A DNA stretch of 62,872 nt, filler included, from Aduncisulcus paluster (taxonomy: Eukaryota), in NCBI GenBank assembly GCA_024181965.1. It is 3 parts of 3 records of this genome, joined end to end, with 100 filler letters (N's around TTAATTAATTAA, not from the genome) between each part and the next. Parts side by side here need not be neighbours in the genome. Positions count along the whole stretch, not along the records: positions 43,711 to 62,872 come from BQXS01012649.1; 2 more parts are not named here. One strand, written 5' to 3'. Position 1 is the first letter of the stretch; each line of letters opens with the position of its first letter. The position numbers and the translations under genes were made by a program. Below the pieces are notes generated by a model. It saw only the letters and a list, made by a program, of their open reading frames with translations. It made no database searches and had not been told where the DNA came from. Positions 59,001 through 62,872 of the stretch are shown in pieces.

Positions 59001-62000
59001 AAACGAGGTTGTTACCATCATTGGTAATCCAGTGGTGTTATCTCTCGATGTTCAGGCTTGTCAGATCATTATCGAGAGTGCTTCTACATTAAATATTGTC
59101 AACAATATTAGTATTCTTGAAGACAATTCGGTGTGTACCGGTTTGACCGATTCTGTATCTATCACAGCCGGTAAACTTGTCGCCAAAACCGGTACAATCA
59201 CCGGTGGATCTGTTACCATTACCGGTGATCCCAATTATGTCGGCCAACATACTGCTGAGATTGGAACCACAATCACTGCTGATAGTCGGAATATTTTGAT
59301 CNNNNNNNNNNNNNNNNNNNNTATCGAGAGTGCTTCTACATTAAATATTGTCAACAATATTAGTATTCTTGAAGACAATTCGGTGTGTACCGGTTTGACC
59401 GATTCTGTATCTATCACAGCCGGTAAACTTGTCGCCAAAACCGGTACAATCACCGGTGGATCTGTTACCATTACCGGTGATCCCAATTATGTCGGCCAAC
59501 ATACTGCTGAGATTGGAACCACAATCACTGCTGATAGTCGGAATATTTTGATCGATTTATGGGAAGATGTTGAATTTTTGGTCAGTGGTGTCCTTGATGC
59601 TCCTGAAGGTGATTGTCAGTTCTCGAATATTTCTAATATCCTCAATATCAATGGTTCGATTCAAGCCAAGGAGAGATTCTATGTTGATTCGTCCGAGACT
59701 GTGAATGTCTACTCGTGTCCTCTATTTTATAACACTGGTGGAGTCAGAAAGATGGAAATTTCCTGTGTATATTTGAATCTCGGTGGAGGTCCAGACGGTG
59801 AATGTGGAGGTGTGGATGGAGCTGGTACAAACATTTATACCGCTGTTCTTGAAGCTACAGAGTCTCTTATGCTCTTGGACCGTTGGACCTTTGAAGATAC
59901 AGTCACTATCGTTGATACTGAGGCCATTGGTGGAAGTGCAAACACTCTCCTTACTTCAGGGGCTGCTTTCACAATCGAACACAGCGATACCAATACGACC
60001 GTCAATGTTACCCTCGATATCACTTCAGACACCACTTACACGACTTCAATTGCTGGCGAATTCTTAGTTTCCGATGCTAACCAGATATGTTCAGATGAAA
60101 TGTTGATATCTGCCAATATTGCCACCATTGCAAGTGGAGGTAACTTGTACACGGATGATGTCATGACATTCGATATCACTGGGGTGGGGAGTGTGATTTC
60201 TGGTATTATTGATAGCGCTGAGAAGGTTGTTGTCACTACCAATTCTGCTGCCACATTGACGTTTGCCAGTTCTCTTGATTTCTCTGGAGATGTCGAGATA
60301 TACCGTATTGCTGACGTGTCCATTGAGGCAATGCTATCACTGTTACCTGGGAAGTACATCTCTGTTGAGGCCGATTCAATAACATTGTTGGACGATTCCA
60401 GTGTTGTTTCTGCTGATACCCAGACTTATACCGTATATTCTGCCTTCAATGCCAATGATCAGACTCAGCTCGAAGGAGATGTGATCACAATCAACGGTAA
60501 AAGCGGTAACTCGGCCTCGCCCTGTGTTTGTACCCTGGCTGGAACATTTAACATTGAGAATGAACTCACCATTGATGTTAATGAGTTTGAGTTTGAAGAC
60601 ACCGCTAGCATAAGCGGAATAGATGGAACAACAACCATTCTTGTCGGTAACACTGGAACCACAACGCTTAACGGATCATTTGCCCTCGGTGGTGACTATG
60701 TTTACTCTGGAAATGGAACAGTCGTTCACACTGAAACCTGTGCTCTCGTTTCACCGGTTAGCACTGTCACCATTACGTCTGCCGATGAGGTTCGCTTCTC
60801 TTCAGCCAAGTGCTCTGCCAATGATATCAATATCACAAGTGCTGCCTTCAATACTGATGGAACGGCTGTTGTATCTGCTCTCGGCATTCTCTCAATCACT
60901 GCCCAAGCATCTGTTATAGACAGTGAAGGAGGTGTTGTAGGAGAATCTGAACTGATCTTTGAGGATGGAGGTGTTGAGAATAGTTCCGTGACGTTCGATA
61001 AAGCTGTGGACAATGGTTCTGGTGATGTCATGTTCGATGTGGACAGAGTTGTGTTCAATGCCACATTCACAACCGGTGGAACAATCACATACATGAATGT
61101 TAAGGCTATTGAAGGTAACAGTGAGGTTAACGGAGGTAGCATTGTTCTAATTGATACCACCAACTCTGAAATGATTGTGTCATCTCCTTTCAAGGCCAAT
61201 CAGGACATTACCATCGAGAATGCCGGAAGTCTGGAAATTAACAGCACAATTACTTGTTCTGGAACCTGTAGTTTCACTGCTCAAGTCGTTGAGATTTACA
61301 CCACAATTGACTGTGGAACCATGATAGTTGAAGCCACCCAAGCTATGAAATCCATCATCAGTGGACAGCTTGATATTGATAACCTTGTTCAGATCACAGC
61401 CAACACTGGTGATGCTGGCGTTGAGTTTGCCCTTGAGACTGTGACTAATGGTAAGCTTGTACTCGCCACGACCTCAGCTTTCTTCTATCGAGATACATCA
61501 TGGGCTCTTGGTATTGATATTACTGCGACAACGATATATATTAACAGTAATTTGAAGACAGAAGGAATCCTCAATATATACGAGATTGGTTCTATACAAA
61601 ACTGTATCACAAGTACCGATTGGGCTACTGTTGATTCTCCAGTTGAGATGTTTGCAGACGAAGGGATTAACATTGAGAATTCATCCACTCGAAGGATCGA
61701 GATCAGCAACTTCCCTGTTTTGTTCAAGGGAAATATAGCAATTACCAGTGAGGAAATATCCATTGGAAGTACAAGCACAGTGTCGAAGGATACAGTATTT
61801 ACTGCTGTTAATCCAAGAGAGAACGACTATGACCTTTATGGTGTTACTCTTGATGCAAGAGCCATTCAACTTGACTTTACAACGATAACTGGTTCTTATA
61901 TCGTTATCCACGGCATGGATGTGAGTTTGATTGACACTGAACTCAACACAAAGGGACGTGGAGCCAAAGAACTCGAAGGAGACGGTGCTCCTCTCAACTC

Positions 62001-62872
62001 TGAAGCCACTGTTGAGGATCCACGTGTTGGGGCTTCACACGGAGGTGAAGGAGGATACGAGTCATACATTGATGACATTTATCATTGGCCTGAGATGACA
62101 CCCTATGGAAATCCTTTCTATCCCATCACAAGCGGAAGTGGAGGAATTGATGCATTTGGTGGAGGGTTTGTTCAGATTATCATTCAAAACTTTAGTGCCA
62201 AGAGTGATGATGACGAGGATATCTTCCAATTCTACTCTGAAGGTACCTGTCTGATTGACTGCTCTGCCGAAGAGCCTGACGATATGCCTCTTGGTGGAGG
62301 AAGTGGAGGTTCTATTTTGATTGATGCCACAAGGGTTGATGAAGAAAATGGTGCCAATTTCCAAGGATTTGGACAGAGTTCATTGCTTGCTCGTGGTTCA
62401 GACGCCACTATTGGAAATGGAGGAGGTGGACGAATCGCTCTGGTTGGTGTAGGTGATAAGATTGTTGTCTCCCACATTTCTAAGATCACTCTCATGGTTT
62501 CGGTTATAGCCGGTGAAGGAGACGAACACAGTGGAGAAGCCTGTCCCGGTACATTCTACTTCGAGAAGTCAAAGATCCTTTATGTAGGAATGTGTCAACA
62601 GAGAGTCAGTCTTGGTACATTCCCAGGTACAACCGTTCCCGATAACACATCATTCATGAACTTTGATGGAGTGGTTCGTTCAGGTCTCTTCTATATCATT
62701 GGTAAAGCATACAGTAATTTCACTTTCTTCGAGTTACCTTGTAATAGAGATTGTACTTTGTTCGTTGCTGACAATGATTTCACCAATATTCCTGCCGAAT
62801 TCCCCGAAGAGTGGAGATTGATGCCTGAAAAGTCATTCGCTGTGAAAGAAGGGCTTGGTATTACTATCAGTC
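50089..62872 (+). CDS. Giant secreted Ser/Thr/Gly/Asp-rich beta-solenoid (adhesin-like) protein, >4100 aa, 3' end beyond the window
   Basis: ATG 50089, MKYRKFLSFNSVFFLIFSIIFGFVFG (signal peptide). The track lists no stop-terminated ORF in this frame, and the frame is preserved across the gap (59070-59301 duplicated at 59322-59553). Confidence 0.9.
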   Translation, partial: MKYRKFLSFNSVFFLIFSIIFGFVFGDWNCSKFTVTSSTTTLESIISSTGSVSIEGTTSITSSASVSGSSVTYSGGIATILEDLVATSGSITLKPLQSVTTSSANLGGESIDIQTSANTDLTGDIDVGIGSFQLISAGTTTLNGDLLSKAPVVIQSQGEVSITGNVDTSYSSYKSFSITSTSGDISFIKNSATDAINTANFTLLANNGNISLSPELTTVGDVNIRAISGNISLNNVSSSDGTNCTIDADNSLSISQNIDMVDFETILKARSLSLSVTSVNVKSLICNGYTGVTISGATAASIDDISITSTSGVVSITNAILRNTLGSISVTGTDITIPSGITAEEGAVTLASSSGDINIGTNIFGTTLNVTSSNGISLPAISTTQRGTTISSTSTAAICSLSDGITVYEDATCTPGNCDIGIECVGGVELAGNINTNHLGSVTLKAGSGDVILSGSAGISSTGLSVIARDDITIAGSNLITLEESDGGSGGTLTLRSNDNGTITIESTMSVENNITVSGGDIELKADLISSTSSVAISSWKFTSTTGSDVEGYGVSITGSGGGVANDFVFGGSVTSSGTSPLNISSKDSIVATGSISCDSCVASVTGNSISVAAIAVNDLQLTSSTSTALDGAVTTNVDATISTTTLEIGTNGSVRSDGITKMTATDTVSIAGDVIGATVTILTNASKDLIVSAAKIQSTADDLTLRGALDVSGNSVLMSDNFSIVVSGLQTVISDSASVTCSNGDLELTTTGVVTLESTTSAKQLVTTAGGDVTLGNTMTFPTSLSVSGNTITLNGTASIAAGECVLTSNIDAGTTLESNASLMCSDMLTISNNHDLTINANAILSSDSQCDLDVADSVISGSILCDTGLFLTALDSIVLNSGGYLYSDANVTLSAISMDPIGGIIEALTSEVDLSGSTGTTIVGTTFTGPSDGATISFDCANDVLWDSILDHSNASVSITGNSITINDGTSDGYFNVHDLQLTSSSGTYINPTYSDQTKTVLKTTGGSLQLISNSLVDINAPIVHGANMIIDCSDLNISDVIQGNALTCEVNSSFVIESTGAIESDSLSYTGVDSTVEVYGVISLASSVSLVAKEIYVNDVSGGDGYIMGRGVELVAPIITLYDRDTEGAYVVRSIDSSNQIRLVASSKLTINGDVYSDGDVMLDFGELESSGGSVEGDTVTYKGDFDMVLDSSVDADESLSIATTGSITVNTDFHAEKNLTLEGSNVYINGDLESDESITITADTLTLAEGKSIKAVMNVTINVDQSGDLCLTGSIEANDTFSLNAPNANVFIQNEITVSDNDDDDLSNAATIVASSIYVNDRTIKYLDGDNQYGYVSAPRINFTASDSGVISEHDLTGTEVLDASKSVTLTYGDLTIEAPISASSFTSTSQKLHIAEDSPLFAQDVSITVSGTENTNVSSSITASIGSFVFVGNHTQLNLLTYSSTSNGSITAASSVSITAASFVQNSGSTTSSRGNVMLSGSSISITTLSGGISFYPFEQVDDPSEMNCLKTVTSGIDISGSSSVYIESAGFESATTLSLVTPSLNIVQDTDTGISAYGNINFSVSGSSITLGTDIIARGSTFLIDSPAAAITTHGNLSNTSGSLTIVCSSFDFHLDASEPSKSISTHGDFTIEATGDITFLETVNDDAELVMINCGAAVTFDADSVVVEGEIYSAEIVTVNANSLLKFLNDVTTEQSVSIDVASFSMEGSTLKATDNSVISANIAVTMVSSSLRFTGDLELVSGAFTMDSGSSLSCSELVIETQGLSTLNGTVNVAENAVLTTSATFGLAFEVMKQLTVDGDVQTISGTLTVGGAAEFSCQRFIVDGVAGILDVTGDLVVTSNSVTMSNDCSVNALHVKYDVEAAVDIEGIFDDNNKTITTIEINSVTLTINKAMNLEYTDIIIDSTNVIIYEPITVKNFTTTTVGDFDIDLESGNGLPETVAISAEDITFNVTTRKVNINNSMVASANLEMYSNTLSVANDVSITASGSLTFYTGVECAINGFISSDSELIIQQYDSGSPTSISLSKDASLRCPSCNLTIDVSALNAYGTIETSAILDITTSLQCNIFTGCDMSGVSSQIKISGEDSLGNVGGFISVQAPINNSQLSSIYITKSSNVRFTSIIEATTITIDDSATFQSDTYLHSDELVVSVSGNATISGDFQSSSGISIDCATLNMGSSLTNIETGILTIEADTCIIDNPIVAGTSCTMDIQGQGIVSGTISSTGDLSVQASQFESLSINGSSKITLVTSNALTVYGYIMGNGDVKILGDSSDMSYVSSGTFTINGEVSSASGSLSIVGLSLTVNSPCSVVKSDSSTVSMLLGSSITMCGDVTGANITLEAATISMDSSNVVDGTVISSTGTLSLKADNSAINHDIFCTGDFTLSGGVMYFNGSVESRGSISTHNGLELEQITFYDTLFAQNNLIMDITKNMTLKKKTWCGGGGQMIINDGMTSADHSLVVVIQGPLRNFASQITCKSFSLNTATTYGAFMDILSLDINSTSNNIDIYPYDHALCLSNGGTEEDECASSSTADLTMKVTGNVQLVSDTASISFHGGAKLKNSNTNSVTMRADSAGIVIDGEFDVGSIVMSYKNFTLETGRTLLTNTSQSYSSSATTGLSQLYGNLTSEGDSITLDIDGNLFVGGKLESEANNPNGIFLTAEYIELNPDTSHNTAQLIGPAIYFTATDVITNEFANDSSGNEMIQALISFGMTLTGDLTMNESGSVVVGTGDVTWSVVGDVLLKNDISIGVYTAAATISDFYNIQLTANSNIYSERAIELVSSCDSTSSFKGSLEAASITITAYDMILYVNGALSLTENGAVSEIDVRHLVVNENGSNGFIRAHEVILGDGSSIMDVTINAADSSTNSGNVIESYGGGLAIDCGTNGELNIGSESGYAALISVETFIDVSCNDIYIKDTADVTTYQDEISLLAVGEIILNGDVHSDDNLTAQAGSDLEISGVFETNEVVTIIGNPVVLSLDVQACQIIIESASTLNIVNNISILEDNSVCTGLTDSVSITAGKLVAKTGTITGGSVTITGDPNYVGQHTAEIGTTITADSRNILIXXXXXXXIESASTLNIVNNISILEDNSVCTGLTDSVSITAGKLVAKTGTITGGSVTITGDPNYVGQHTAEIGTTITADSRNILIDLWEDVEFLVSGVLDAPEGDCQFSNISNILNINGSIQAKERFYVDSSETVNVYSCPLFYNTGGVRKMEISCVYLNLGGGPDGECGGVDGAGTNIYTAVLEATESLMLLDRWTFEDTVTIVDTEAIGGSANTLLTSGAAFTIEHSDTNTTVNVTLDITSDTTYTTSIAGEFLVSDANQICSDEMLISANIATIASGGNLYTDDVMTFDITGVGSVISGIIDSAEKVVVTTNSAATLTFASSLDFSGDVEIYRIADVSIEAMLSLLPGKYISVEADSITLLDDSSVVSADTQTYTVYSAFNANDQTQLEGDVITINGKSGNSASPCVCTLAGTFNIENELTIDVNEFEFEDTASISGIDGTTTILVGNTGTTTLNGSFALGGDYVYSGNGTVVHTETCALVSPVSTVTITSADEVRFSSAKCSANDINITSAAFNTDGTAVVSALGILSITAQASVIDSEGGVVGESELIFEDGGVENSSVTFDKAVDNGSGDVMFDVDRVVFNATFTTGGTITYMNVKAIEGNSEVNGGSIVLIDTTNSEMIVSSPFKANQDITIENAGSLEINSTITCSGTCSFTAQVVEIYTTIDCGTMIVEATQAMKSIISGQLDIDNLVQITANTGDAGVEFALETVTNGKLVLATTSAFFYRDTSWALGIDITATTIYINSNLKTEGILNIYEIGSIQNCITSTDWATVDSPVEMFADEGINIENSSTRRIEISNFPVLFKGNIAITSEEISIGSTSTVSKDTVFTAVNPRENDYDLYGVTLDARAIQLDFTTITGSYIVIHGMDVSLIDTELNTKGRGAKELEGDGAPLNSEATVEDPRVGASHGGEGGYESYIDDIYHWPEMTPYGNPFYPITSGSGGIDAFGGGFVQIIIQNFSAKSDDDEDIFQFYSEGTCLIDCSAEEPDDMPLGGGSGGSILIDATRVDEENGANFQGFGQSSLLARGSDATIGNGGGGRIALVGVGDKIVVSHISKITLMVSVIAGEGDEHSGEACPGTFYFEKSKILYVGMCQQRVSLGTFPGTTVPDNTSFMNFDGVVRSGLFYIIGKAYSNFTFFELPCNRDCTLFVADNDFTNIPAEFPEEWRLMPEKSFAVKEGLGITIS

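Noticed and set aside
50474..62495. Numerous minus-strand and frame-2 ORFs in the track
   Set aside because: Shadows of the giant plus-strand frame.

Overview
This is eukaryotic nuclear DNA from a gene-dense, intron-poor, AT-rich-intergenic protist. The evidence is alpha-tubulin, a PP2A-family phosphatase, a SNARE, a BAR protein, Snu13 and short GTATGT...AG spliceosomal introns. The overall style suggests a free-living fornicate (Carpediemonas-like, e.g. Aduncisulcus), but that is inference and not verified. The window is three unrelated scaffolds joined by artificial N44-TTAATTAATTAA-N44 linkers: 1-20734, 20835-43610 and 43711-62872. Six internal 20-N gaps are flanked by duplicated sequence, which are scaffolding artefacts. 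About 28 genes are supportable. The main highlights are five. (1) Chains of back-to-back short inverted repeats with a single-base centre in intergenic DNA. (2) A bacterial-type FHA-GAF-class IIIb adenylate cyclase carrying an intron and a ~470-aa insertion inside the catalytic domain. (3) A ~1945-aa kinase fused to mosaic ~350-aa helical repeats. (4) An intronless >4100-aa secreted beta-solenoid protein that is absent from the ORF track. (5) A paralogous pair of RING finger plus BI-1-like membrane proteins. No CRISPR array, rRNA, tRNA or recognisable transposase was seen.
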